Assembly (NCBI GenBank): GCA_030141605.1
Contig: JAQGDQ010000506.1
Coordinates: forward strand, 1 to 64,000
Source of the DNA: Tubiluchus corallicola
Lineage: Eukaryota; Animalia; Priapulida
DNA: 64,000 bases
Direction of reading: 5' to 3'
In this document: piece after piece, positions 14,672 to 29,600 of the stretch
Numbering within the stretch: position 1 is the stretch's first letter
How the letters are laid out: each line of letters opens with the position of its first letter
Notes under the pieces: generated by a model
What the model was told of the DNA's origin: nothing
The model's input: the letters and a program-made list of their open reading frames with translations, nothing else
Database searches by the model: none
Made by a program: the position numbers and the translations under genes

Positions 14672-17600
14672 TAACACTGATCATGTAGAAACTAGGTTAA
14701 TAGTATTACTAATACACCACAAGTAATTACTTCATCTGTTTGGCATATAATCATAAATTCGCTATGACAGTTGGGCGGTACTTATCTATCAGCTTAGGGC
14801 ATCGTGAAGTTTGATACGCCCCTGCTTCATAACTCACAATCATGTTCAAAACCAGGTGGTAATAAATTTCATTTTGATGTATAAAAATTGATTCTGATTT
14901 TAGCGCCTCACGAATATCAAGGATGTTTCGTATACTTTAAACCGGAGATATATTTCCCAGTTACGGCTTCATTAGAACAACAGTCGACTACCTTAGATAA
15001 TGATTGTCTAGCAATATGCAGAGATAAAGGTTATTTCTTCGGCAGCATCTATTCTTCGCCGCTGACCGACGCGTACGAGTGTCTTTGCGGAAACGGGTTT
15101 CCGTTCGACAAGTTTTCGTTGAGTTGTGCAAGTTGTACAAAGACAGCAACTGGGACTTGTCCGGGGAAAAATGCGGTGTCTGTTTATGCTACTGAAAGTG
15201 AGTATTGCTTATTATGTAATGTAATAAACCTTTTCACAGTTTCGTTGTGCACACGCGCAGTTGCTGTAGGTCTAAGTTTGAGTGTACCGTAGTGACGCGT
15301 CTTAAGTACTACCATCGTGTAACATTTGGTTAAAGCAAAGCCGTCTGTCACATCGATTCAGTAAATTCTGTTGTTTAATATCGACTTTACTTAATCATGC
15401 ATTAGTCTGTGCATTCAATGATTTACTAGCAGAATCTTGCTTGGGAACAAGAAAAATGAACTAAGTAAGGTTCTAGCTAGCTGTTAAAACTGTTACTATT
15501 ACATCAGCATGGGCTGCGAAGCATTGTTACATGTAAACAAATGCGTTGTCTGGTACACTTTGACTTTTTCGCGATCATCGTCAGTCGCTGGAACTGTGAA
15601 AAGGCTTATTGTTATAGTTAGTTTAGCATTGGTGGTGATAGTGTTTCTGTGGTGACGTTGGTAGCCATTTTCCTTTAGACAGATGTGCTTACAACAGCAG
15701 TGGTTTAGCAACAATGACAACATTAGTAATAACAATGTATGAAAAAAAACATTTGAAAAATTATGCAATCAGCGCTGTTTCTGTGCACAATTTTTAAACA
15801 AATTAATAGTGTTTTTGCTGCAGAACAAAATCAAGTAATATGCATTATCTTTGTAACACTGCTTTTTGTTAAGGATTCGTAAATGTTTAAAGGAAGATTG
15901 TTTTAAAACTAGACAAGTTTTAAAAAAAACTCGAATTTCAAATTTACCAAATCTGTGCTGTTGAACATGTGCCGCATGAGCCGTTGAACATGTGCAAATC
16001 GTCACAAACTAGCACATCTGCACTGACAGGTACAGCACCGATTTTATATGCAGTGCATTTCCGAAATGTAGGCGCTAGTGCCTGTCTAATCAGCGAAATG
16101 CGAAATGCATGTAACAGCGAAGAGCTAGTTGTGAAAATTGCATGTTTTCTTTCAATATTTTAAAGAGTATATTGTTTTGACCTGCAGTTTGAGATTCGCT
16201 CCAGTTTTGCTTTAAGACTGAATACAAGATCTTAAAGAATTTCAAGATTGAATTCAAAATTTAGTTTACAAGTTTTGAGCTTACAAGTCAAAAATTCGAT
16301 GCGGTTCGATTGAAATTCACAGTCTGATAGAGAACTTTCATCCCTCATGGTAATTTTCTAGCCCACAATGATTTGATAATTAGTTTATTGGATAATGTAC
16401 CGTCTACTATCGTCTTCTTCTTCCCAGCTTTTCCCTATGCGGGGTCGCCGTTGTGAATAAGTCTTCTCCATGCATTCCTTTTGTTGACCATCTCTTCATT
16501 TATGTTCTTCCCTCATTCATAAAAAGGTTTTGGCGCAGTTTTTACAGGCGGATGCCCTTCCTGACCCTAACCCTCCCTATTTATCCGGGCTTGGGACCGG
16601 CACTGAGTTGGGCTAGCTTGCCCCCCCCCCCCAGTGGCTAGGTTACACGTCTACTATAATCATCTTATTATTTCTCATATATTTTCCAGATTTTGCAGTT
16701 ACATCAGATGCTTTAGGCTGCTGGGAAGATAAAGACCCTCTTGCACAGCAGCCACACAGTGGAGAGAGAGACATGCCATATAAGGCTAGAATGACTAACG
16801 TCACCCCAGACAAGTGTATTGAACATTGTTCAGAGCTTAATTATGCTTATGCTGGTTTGGAAAATGGAACAGATTGCTATTGTGGGAATATTTATGGACG
16901 ATACCTGCCCGCAAGGAACCCCTGCAACCTCAAGTGTGGCAGCCAGCATGAAACATGTAATTTATATGACAAGTCTTGTTCTACGTGTGGTGGTAACTGG
17001 GCATTAGAGGTTTACCGTACAAATGGTTAGTATCTTGTAGGTTCATTTTAGACGTTGAAATTTACAGCTTGGCGAGTTCGATTTTAATAAGCCTCTTCAC
17101 AGTTCCAGCGATTGACGATGATCGCGAAAAGGTCAAAGGTACCAGACAACGCATTTGTGTACACTTGACAATGCCTTGCAGCCTATCTTGTTGTAATAGT
17201 AAAAGTTTTAACAGCTAGCTAGACCCTTACCTAGTTTGCTTTTCCTTGTTCCTAAGCAAGATCTTCCTAGTAAATCATCCTACGCACACACTAATGCACA
17301 ATTAATTAAAGTCCACATAAAACAACGGACTTTACTAACTGATGTTTTGCATTGCCCACATATCACGTGACAATTGCAGTTAAGACGCATTTATGTGGTA
17401 CACTTAACCTTTGACCTTTTCGCGATCATCATCAGTTGCTGGAAATGTGAAAGGGTTTAAACTTTCGCCTGGTTATGTAAAACAACTGAAGTTACTGAAC
17501 TGACATAGCAGACAATGTAGGTCACACGATCATGCAAGTGTACACCAGACTAAGCTACTCGATTGGCTACGTTGTAGGGCCTGAAAAGGACGTATTTTTC

Positions 17601-20600
17601 TTAATTTTGTCCAATTAAATCGCTTATAAATGTTTAAACAAATAGCAAGATTGGATAGCCAAAGTTCTGCACAATAGAACAGTACCAAATTTGTAATCAT
17701 TTACTATTGTTTCTGCTCATACAGCAGCAGGAAAGTTCTAGGTCTTATAAGACATATTTCAAGTGGTGCTGTCCAGAAGGAGTTAAGACGAACATATTTT
17801 GATAGTGAAGTTGAACGCGCTACGTCCAAGAAAAAGAAGGAAGTTATAAATATTGACACTTTAAATAATAGTTTTGGTGACGCATAATAAATATTTATTT
17901 TTTGTGCAAGTGTATGTACCAGGAGGGCGATTTCAATCCGGCTGCTTCAAACTTGTCCAGAAATTTCCGAATTCTACTGTAATAAAACTGGCATCAATGA
18001 CAGCTACAATGTGCATCCATTTTTGCTATGAAGTGGGTATGGTATATTTATCGTTTATATTAATTTTGGTGGTATGTTTAGAATCTGCGTGACGACCACG
18101 GCATCCTGTAATGGGCGTTTTCCCGTAACTCATTTGCCGATTTTTTTGAAATTTGTCTGTTCTAGAAAAAGCTGTTCTAGTGGCGCTTAGTGTGACTCTC
18201 CGAAGGAGGTATATAGCTTTTTAGAAAGAGGAAGAACAGGGCTATATGATTATGTGAGCAGCATTTTAGGAAACCTCCACTGTGAGGAGCTGTGACGAGT
18301 TGGTTGGAGATTCCGTTTCCGGAGATTTTCGCTTTGAAAATTGCTGAGGCAAAGCCATTGTTGTGACGTTATCCATTGTACTCTGCCTATAACCTTATAA
18401 CTTTAATTCAGTAAAAGCTGGCTTGGTAAATAAACGAACACTAGGTAGAATGTGCGCGCATTGTTGATTATAAGTGGATTTTGCTAGTTAAATAAATAAT
18501 ACTGCATTTCACGTGTTTTAGGAGCAGACATTCAAAGAATTGTTCTTTTTTTGCCAACTTTTGAACCCGTGGTCATCATTACACGCGCTTGCTATTTAAG
18601 TTATTCATCGATTCGAAAGTTAAAGTAACTTATCATTTTCATGAACTCGATCGACAAACACCATACAAATTTTTAATGACCATGAACTCAAGTCTTTAAG
18701 CTTTTTATATGTATTCATATGTGATATATAAATATATATATAGCGAGCTATACTGGATGCTTAAGAATCACAACCTTGGCTTTAATAACAGCAAAATAAA
18801 ACTTATTTACATAACCTTTATATGTGTATTCATGTGTGATATATGAATATATATATAGTTAGCTATACTGGATGGCTAAGAATCATATACCCGGCTTTAA
18901 TAACAGTAAAATAAAACTTGTTTACATAACCTTTTAACAGTTTAACCTTCTCTAAGCTTATTATTATGATTTTAACAACTAACATACATGTAAGTTTTGT
19001 TTTATGTTCAAGTTGTTACTCATTAAATGCATCAAAATAGTATATGATTATTCATAATATGCAATTTTAATATAGCCATGTGTGGGTCATGATTAATCAT
19101 CCTCGCTCAACCAAAAAATTCATTTCAGTGCAAGAGATATGCATTTGAATGTAACAAACAACAAATTCAGCAAACACAATAGAAAAATGAAAAGAAAAAT
19201 AAAAACTTCAAAGGAACGATATTTTTAACAACAAACTCAATGCAATTAAAAAAGTTTACAGGCAAAAATGGAAAACGAAATCAACATTTAAAAAAACTGT
19301 TCAAAAGTTCTAAAATTGAAATTCTAAGAATGTTTTTCTTTTCATAACTTTAAACTAGGGAACTGCCACATGAGTCAGGTAGCAAGGCTGAGAAACCACA
19401 AACTTCTAGTGAAGACAAATTCATAATTAAACTTTTTTGCCATTTACTATTTCCTTGCGCATGTACCGTACCATACCTGCTAGCACCGTAGAGGGTGGTA
19501 CTTGTTTACAGGGCGCATCTATCTATAGGCAGACTAAGCTGTAATTTAGGGCACCAAATTTTGAGGGGCGCCAGAAGGGTTTTGGGACCCAGTGTAAGAA
19601 ATTCTCCACAGGAAATGCGTATTCTTTCATCTAAAACACGTATTTCATAATTCACTTAGTTTCAGAAGCCGTTTTTATATAAGTGTTATAATAGCAAACA
19701 AAGTTTCAATTCAAAAATGGTAGTACACCACGAGCAGTTGTTCAGCCTGCTTTGGATATAAGCATTGTCTAAGTACATGTCATTCACAACAACCACATAG
19801 GTAATACTGATAAATTACAACTTAATTTTGTACTGCGCTTCATGATATAGATAACCATAAATCCGTAAGAGAGATGTGCAGGCTGATATGTCAGCTAAGG
19901 GTGTCATAACGTTGTGATTTGCCTTTACATACAGCAATTATTGTGAAATATTTTACCAAGTTGTATGAAGAGTGCAGTTGCAATATATATGGCCTCCAAT
20001 CAATTGTAATGCTATTTTAATATAGTTGTATGTAAATAAAACACACTGTGGTCATTTCTTCTCCTTCTTCCTATCCCTAATCTTACTCTCTTTTTCCATT
20101 TCATCGTGTCTACTGACCCTAACCATTTTTTCATTCACTCATTTCTGCTACCTTAACAAGGTAAGCTTTCAAGGTGTCATACAGATCTTTTATTTGGTAG
20201 CTGTTACCCATTGTTGTTGTTACTGTATTGTTACCAATTGTTGTTGTTACTGTACTGTTACCCATTGTTGTTGTTACTGTATTGTTACCCATTGTTGTTG
20301 TTACTGTATTGTTACCCATTGTTGTTGTTACTCTATTGTTACCCATTGTTGTTGTTACGGTATTGTTACCCATTGTTGTTGTTACTGTACTGTTACCCAT
20401 TGTTGTTGTTACTCTATTTTTACCCATTGTTGTTGTTACTCTATTGTTACCCATTGTTGTTGTTACTGTACTGCTACCCATTGTTGTTGTTATTGTACTG
20501 TTACCCAGTAAGAGATTATGTACCTCAATATTTTATGCCTCTAGATTTTTCCTTCGTTCATCACTTTTGAATTCGTGTTTTCAGGTGAAGATTTTGCCGT

Positions 20601-23600
20601 GTTAAACAATTATGATGAATGCACGTGTACAAGTTACATAACACCAGTGACTGAACATGACCAAGTCCATTGTGCTACTTGTGCCGGAGCTTTTACGGGC
20701 CGTAATAATTATTTTGACCTGTGCGGGTCAAACGTAACAGGCTATAGTAGCGTTCATAGAGTTTATTCTGGTGAGTGGTAGGCATTATTGATTTTTAATT
20801 TTGATACAAAAGACTTTGTTTAAACATGTCACAGTAGAGGTTACCATTTCATTCTGAAAGTGTTGATGTGTCCTTTAACTAATAGACATGAGTTATTAGC
20901 TTCACTTACAGTCATATCTCGCTATGCCTTCGCCAAACCTGTTTACCGTTTGCAAAATGACCAGGAGCGAAATGGTTGTATTCAACTTTATATAAAAATG
21001 ACCCGTTATACTGACCCGTTATTATTCCTGCTAAATTTTTAAGTGTGGTAAAGAAGCATTGCGGTGCGTGTGGTGGCGCTTTTACTGGACGTAATAATCA
21101 CTTTGATCGGTGTGGAAGTAAGATTGAAGTTCAAGCCAGCATTTACAGGGTGTATACTGGTGAGGAATTGTTTCTTTAAAAGTTCCTAATCTCGATATTA
21201 AGTACAATCAACTAATTTCTACTATGCGATTATTATTTATTTATTCGTGTTAATAATACGCAAGAAAGTATTGAGCTGTCTGCTGATCGGGAAGGACTGG
21301 CAAATGTTTACTTGTATAGCAAAATCATCCATAAGTTGGCAATTAAGCTTCTCTAGTCAGTCACGAAGTGATATCCTGAATTTTCATTTCACGAGGATCA
21401 TTTTGATACCAAGTTCATCGCTCTATGTTATTTCTAAGCTGAAATAATCCACGTTGAAGTTGAGATGCAGGCTAGGCAGTGGAAAACTTAATCTTGAGAA
21501 AATGTTAAAGTTGGCCATTGTTTTTTGATGTGTTTCAAACGGCAGCAACAACAACAACAACCACCACCTCCTCCTCCTCCTCATCATCATCATCATCATC
21601 ATCACCATCACCTCCTCCTCCTCCTCCTCCTCTTCCTCATCATCATCATCATCATCATCATCACCACCACCACCACCATCACCATCATCACCATCAGCAG
21701 CAAAAGCAGCAGCAGCAACAACAGCAAGAGCAGCAACAAGAGCAGCAACAATAACAACAGCAGCAAGAGCAGCAAGAGCAACAACAATGATAACAATAAT
21801 AATGAGCAATACTGGTAATGGTTTGTGAGAGGTTTATATAATTTAGAATCGTTGTAAACGTGTAAAAATCATGTTAGTAATTAAAAGAAAAAAGTGATTA
21901 ATGGGACTTTAATCGGACGTGATAAAATTTCAACGAGGTTTATAAGCCAACGGTTCTACATGTACCTGTGTTTTGTCTTCACAGAGTGGAAAGATTCTCG
22001 TCCAGAGTACAGAGGATGCTGGAAATTTCCAACTCATATCACCTTTGCGGAAACATCTAATGTGAAGTCAGCTTATGAGTGTGTGTCTCGCTGCATGGTT
22101 TTTAGTAACACAAGTAGATCTTCTGGCAGTTTTGCTTTGCTCGAACGGAAGGACGCAAGCTACATTTGTCACTGTGATAATACCGTTGGTACCGGAAGTG
22201 CTACAGTTGCCGCTGAGCAGCCGTGTGAAAAATGTGACGGTGACAATAACGGCTACTGCGGTAGTGGTGCTGGTCTTTACGCCGTGTACGACACTGGAGG
22301 TAATACCGGTCACAGTTTAATGTTTCTACTTCAATTCAAGTACAGTTTATTGTTGTTCAGTAGACATGTAATGTTCTGCAATACTTTGGAGTCTTCATCA
22401 TGGAGTCACGTGACTTTATCTCATTCTATCCTACGAATGATTATGTATCCTACCTTTTGTGATAATATGATGTTATACTAACTTATGTCATGATAGCATC
22501 GTCCCTATTTACAAGTCTGAGTGAACATAAGCATCTTCTTTCAACTAATCCTCATTTTATCTTTCTGTATAGCACCACACAAGTATCAAGGATGTTTTCC
22601 ATATTATAAGCCTGAGACATACTTTCCACATACGGAACGCCTGATGCAACGATCCAATGATTTAGATCAAAAATGCACGGAAACGTGCGGAAATGAAGGA
22701 TATTTGTTTGGCAGCCTCCATTACGCACTAAGCGATGAATTCGTCTGCAAATGCGGCAACGGATTTCCGTTTGACAAGTTTTCGTTGAACTGTAAAAATT
22801 GTACAAGTACAGTCACTGGAACCTGTCCAGGAAAAAATACTGTTTCCGTTTATGCCACTGAAAGTAAGTCAACGTTTAATCAGCGCCTTTTCTTTCCCAC
22901 TAGCAGGGCCCTTTATTATCCGGAAATTATCCGGCCCTTCGGAGAAGTCTTCCTCAATTCCCCCACACCTATCTTGAATAACTTGTGACGTATTTTAGCA
23001 ACAGTTACAAAGCTTGAAGCAAACTTTTTGCGAATTTTTTAAACGAACTAGAATAGCTATCTTTCGTTTGTCACTAAAAATATTCTTTAAGAAATGCCAC
23101 TATTTTACTATTTATTGCAAATGAAATTATTGCATATTTAAAAACAACCGTATTGAAAAACAGATTTTTAGCAAATGTTACAAAGCTTGTGAGGTTCTAG
23201 GCTGCAGCCTATACTAGCCTATAGGATAACTTGCCTCTGCTCACTGGTCTTTAGCAGTAATAAGTCTCACTTCTTAATGCCATAATTTGACTATGAATAA
23301 CCTAAATTGCCGCACTTCGGGAATATGCTGGTACCCAGTTTTAAGCATATGACAACTGACAACAAACTGTGTGAGCGACTGTACTTTCTCTACCTAGCAG
23401 CAGATGCCAGCAGTGCGGCGTACACCGGGTTATCTCAAACATGTGGGCATGGCCTCATGCACACAACAGCTAAACATACCAGTGTGCTGGGCTGGGAAGC
23501 AAACAGTACTATTCTCACCTGCTTTGGACCGTACAAGTATAAAGAAAGGACTAAAGAAAAGGACTTATTATATTGAATATTATCAACAATATTGAAATAA

Positions 23601-26600
23601 ATTAGGGGGTGATGCAATTCCACAGTATCTATACACGAGCCATCACTGACAGAACATGTGCTTAGCTGGTAATCGCACCTGCCCGGTTTACCTTCTGAAT
23701 TGATGAGGCCATGATGGTTTTATACCTGCTATTCAACGCCGCTATACAATGGCTTCGCATGGACAAGTCTCTCCCAGTGGGGAAGGGGAAGGTCGAATAT
23801 CAATCACATTTCGCTCTGTAACGATACCTTTGCCTGCACAGCAGAGTCCACACTCCATCGTGTCTACCGCATTAAGAGATTTCATAAATGCATGACAGGG
23901 CGTTTTTGGTATTTTCATTATTTTTTCTCTTTCTACTTTTCCATCTTCTAGATTTTGCACTCGAGTCAGAAATCTTGGGTTGCTGGGAAGATAGAGATCC
24001 AAGAGCAGGACGACCTCATAAAGGAACGAGAGACATGCCACACAGGACGAGATTTCGATATTTAACACCGGAAAAATGCAAGCGGCATTGTTTGAAATTT
24101 GGCTTCGCGTTTGCTGGCTTACAGTATGGAACAGAGTGTCACTGCGGCCACTCGTATGGAAGGTATTCGTCTGCCAGAAACCCTTGTAACTTCAAATGTG
24201 GCAGTACCCGTGAACAATGTAATATACATGACTCGTCTTGCTTAGCTTGTGGTGGTGAATGGGCAATGCTGGTCTATCCTACAGCTGGTGAGTAAATTTT
24301 GAAATTAAACGGGTTCTTCAAGTTAAATTCATATTGTGTGTAACAGTCGCATACGACTGCAAATAATGCAATTACGCGCTTACATTGTTTTTTCACCTCC
24401 CCCTAGATGGCAGTCAAGTACGACTGTAGATAATGCAATTACGCGCTTGCATTGTTTTTTCACCTCCCTCTAGATGGCAGTCAAGTATGACTGCAAATAA
24501 TGCAATTACGCGCTTGCATTGTTTTTTCACCTCCCTCTAGATGGCAGTCAAGTACGACTGTAGATAATGCAATTACGCGCTTGCATTGTTTTTTCACCTC
24601 CCTCTAGATGGCAGTCAAGTATGACTGCAAATAATGCAATTACGCGCTTGCATTGTTTTTTCACCTCCCCCTAGATGGCAGTCAAGTACGACTGCAAATA
24701 ATGCAATTATACGTTTGCATTGTTTTTTCAGCTCCCCCTAGATGGCAGTCAAGTACGACTGCAAATAATGCAATTACGCGCTTGCATTGTTTTTTCATCT
24801 CCCCCTAGATGGCAGACAAAAAATTTCTCAGTCATCATAGCAACGCCAACTTTAGCAATGCCCATTCGTGCAGCGTGATGTTAGAAGTTACAGCAGGACA
24901 ATGAACATGGCGGCTGCATGTCACAAACACAATGGTAACCTTTTGTTTCAGTTAAGCTGTGGCTTTCTGCTGTGTGAAATTTTACACAATTTTTCTATAC
25001 AAATATCATTAGCGCACAAAAAGTTCATGTCCCTCATTTGCATAAATAACATATTCCATTTGGATATTTCATTAGCTATTTGAAGATGTTGGCTGTTTTT
25101 GTCTAAGTGGGCAAATAATTTAACCATTTGAGAAAAATCCTCTGCTACCCCATGAAAAATTCTTCATTTAGTGAACAAGACAGCATAAAACACTTAATAA
25201 ATTTACCGAAAACGTAAACGAATACAAAGGAAAACGTATTTTGCAGAACCGAAAAATGATCTTGACACAAAAATGTGTTCATTACAAAGCTTAAGAACCT
25301 CCCTTAATAGATCCGTTGGTTGTTTGTACCTGGAAATACTCATTGTAACACAATTAATGCACATTGTGTAAAAAGTGAAATTTCTCATTGGTCAGCAAGT
25401 TAATCAGGCACAACAATGAAACTTGTAATTGCATTATTTGCAGTCGCATGTGTTGTCACACATTAGAGAAATGCTGTAGAGACTTGTCACAAACAGAACC
25501 TGATCTAGAGCGTGTTTAGCTGTGCTTGCTTTCAAGTGAAACTTGCATTTCACAACTTCGAAATGTTTACATCTTTTTGGAGAAGATTCTCATTTGCTAA
25601 CAGAGTTGTAAACTTTGAATGCTCTGGATTCTCATGTAGTTGATGCCACCAGTTTGTCAGTTTTCAGTAAAAGATTAACTAACGTTAATTTCCCGTGACT
25701 TTATCCGAAACGTGACAATGTCATTAGCCTAATTGCTTATCTCCGTGCCATATTTTTGTAAATAACGTCTTGTATAGAGTCTATAATTTATGCTATATAA
25801 TGTATATGACATGTGTAATGGGATGTAATGAAGTTTAGTGTTTTGGTTCTATATAGATTTTATTTTTGTGTGTCGTTTCATGTTTTCTAAAATCCAGCGT
25901 AAGTGCATTTGCACCTGCTATGTTATATTTCTTTTTTATACTATTTTAATGTATGTGTGCAGGAATGAGAATATTCTGCGGATACGCGGAATTCTGAGTT
26001 TTTGGAAGACCAGTAGTGCCATTTTTGTAAATCGCGTAAATTCGTTGAGAAAATTTTTACGGACCCAGTACATTATTTCACAAGCTGACTGCTAGATGGC
26101 AGGCCGTCACTTTGTTTACGTCACGTACATCAGTGTAACCACGTGTATATCTCTATGTATAAAATTATAGAATCAATTGTGCGGAGTTATTTGAGTCAAT
26201 TGCAGACAGTTTTTATATACTTTTGCATAGGAGCGGCCATTACTTAGGCGTTTTTGAGACAATTAGGTATCATGTATCCTTGATTGTTGGGTATTTTAAA
26301 TTATGCATGAAACAAGGTAAGTGATATTTTAAGTCCACTTAGAGGCTCTCTATGGTCACAAAATTGTAATTTGTTGCTGGCTCCAAGGGGGCTTTGCCCC
26401 TCAGCCACATTGGGGCCTAGGTGGCCTCAAAACCCCCAGCATGTTTCAGAGTTTTTTGCAGTTTGTCCTGATGTATGAATGTCAATAATAAACAAAGGCA
26501 TGTTTAGAATTATTTCTGCTGATTCAAATTGCTTATGTTTTTTATACAAGGATTTCCTTTGGGGGAGAAACTAGGAACTGGTTGCTATAGAAAAAGTGAA

Positions 26601-29600
26601 GAAGACACATTTGGAGAGTCAACTGTCTTGAAAAGACAAAGCATGTCACCAAAAATGTGTGTGAGTCATTGCCACGTATTGGGTATGTTTTATTTGCATT
26701 GTTTTAATTACTTTGGATAAAACTGTAAATGCAAGGATATCTTTTGTGATTTAGAGAAAAAAACCTTTAAACTCTTTTAATGAAGTATCAGTTCGTGCAT
26801 GTCCAAACTTGAACACTACATCTAGATACAACAGTTCATGCATGTCCAAACTTGAACACTACACCTAGATACAACAGTTCATTCATGTCCAAACTTGAAC
26901 ACTACACCTGGATACAACAGTTTATGCATGTCCAAACTCGAACACTACATCTGGATACAACAGTTCATTCATGTCCAAACTTGAACACTGCACCTAGATA
27001 CAACAGTTCATTCATGTCCAAACTTGAACACTACACCTAGATACAACAGTTCATGCATGTCCAAACTTGAACACTACACCTAGATACAACAGTTCATGCA
27101 TGTCCAAACTTGAACACTACACCTGGATACAACAGTTCATGCATGTCCAAACTTGAACACTACATCTGGATACAACAGTTCATGCATGTCCAAACTTGAG
27201 TCCTACACCTAGATACAACAGTTCGTGCATGTCCAAACTTGAACACTACACCTGGATACAACAGTTCATGCATTTTCAAACTTGAACACTACACCTAGAT
27301 ACAACAGTTCATGCATGTCCAAACTTGAGTCCTACACCTGGATACAACAGTTCATGCATGTCCAAACTTGAACACTACACCTGGATACAACAGTTCATGC
27401 ATGTCCAAACTTGAACACTACATCTGGATACAACAGTTCATGCATGTCCAAACTTGAACACTACACCTGGATACAACAGTTCATGCATGTCCAAACTTGA
27501 ACACTACACCTAGATACAACAGTTCATGCATGTTCAAACTTGAACACTACACCTAGGTACAACAGTTCATGCATGTCCAAACTTGAACACTACACCTAGA
27601 TACAACAGTTCATGCATGTCCAAACTTGAGTCCTACACCTAGGTACAACAGTTCATGTATGTTCAAACTTGAGCCCTACACCTAGATACAACAGTTCATG
27701 CATGTCCAAACTTGAACACTACACCTAGATACAACAGTTCATGCATGTCCAAACTTGAACACTACACCTAGGTACAACAGTTCGTGCATGTCCAAACTTG
27801 AACACTACACCTAGATACAACAGTTCATGCATGTCCAAACTTGAACACTACACCTAGATACAACAGTTCATGCATGTCCAAACTTGAACACTACACCTAG
27901 GTACAACAGTTCATGCATGTCCAAACTTGAGTCCTACACCTGGATACAACAGTTCATGCATGTCCAAACTTGAACACTACACCTGGATACAACAGTTCAT
28001 GCATGTCCAAACTTGAACACTACATCTGGATACAACAGTTCATGCATGTCCAAACTTGAACACTACATCTGGGTACAACAGTTCATGCATGTCCAAACTT
28101 GAGTCCTACACCTGGATACAACAGTTCATGCATGTCCAAACTTGAACACTACACCTGGATACAACAGTTCATGCATGTCCAAACTTGAACACTACATCTG
28201 GATACAACAGTTCATGCATGTCCAAACTTGAACACTACACCTGGATACAACAGTTCATGCATGTCCAAACTTGAACACTACACCTAGATACAACAGTTCA
28301 TGCATGTTCAAACTTGAACACTACACCTAGGTACAACAGTTCATGCATGTCCAAACTTGAACACTACACCTAGATACAACAGTTCATGCATGTCCAAACT
28401 TGAACACTACACCTAGGTACAACAGTTCATGTATGTTCAAACTTGAGCCCTACACCTAGATACAACAGTTCATGCATGTCCAAACTTGAACACTACACCT
28501 AGATACAACAGTTCATGCATGTCCAAACTTGAACACTACACCTAGGTACAACAGTTCGTGCATGTCCAAACTTGAACACTACACCTAGATACAACAGTTC
28601 ATGCATGTCCAAACTTGAACACTACACCTAGATACAACAGTTCATGCATGTCCAAACTTGAACACTACACCTAGATACAACAGTTCATGCATGTTCAAAC
28701 TTGAACACTACACCTAGATACAACAGTTCATTCATGTCCAAACTTGAACACTACACCTAGATACAACAGTTCATGCATGTTCAAACTTGAACACTACACC
28801 TAGATACAACAGTTCATGCATGTCCAAACTTGAACACTACATCTGGATACAACAGTTCATGTATGTCCAAACTTGAACACTACATCTAGATACAACAGTT
28901 CATGCATGTCCAAACTTGAACACTACACCTAGATACAACAGTTCATGCATTTTCAAACTTGAACACTACATCTGGATACAACAGTTCATGTATGTCCAAA
29001 CTTGAACACTACATCTAGATACAAAAGTTCATGCATGTCCAAACTTGAACACTACACCTAGATACAACAGTTCATTCATGTCCAAACTTGAACACTACAC
29101 CTAGATACAACAGTTCGTGCATGTTCAAACTTGAACACTACACCTGGGTACAACAGTTCATGCATGTCCAAACTTGAACACTACACCTGGATACAACAGT
29201 TCATGCATGTCCAAACTTGAACACTACACCTAGATACAACAGTTCGTGCATGTTCAAACTTGAACACTACACCTGGATACAACAGTTCATGCATGTCCAA
29301 ACTTGAACACTACACCTGGATACAACAGTTCGTGCATGTTCAAACTTGAACACTACACCTGGGTACAACAGTTCATGCATGTCCAAACTTGAACACTACA
29401 CCTGGATACAACAGTTCATGCATGTCCAAACTTGAACACTACACCTAGATACAACAGTTCGTGCATGTTCAAACTTGAACACTACACCTAGATACAACAG
29501 TTCGTGCATGTTCAAACTTGAACACTACACCTGGGTACAACAGTTCATGCATGTCCAAACTTGAACACTACACCTGGATACAACAGTTCATGCATGTCCA

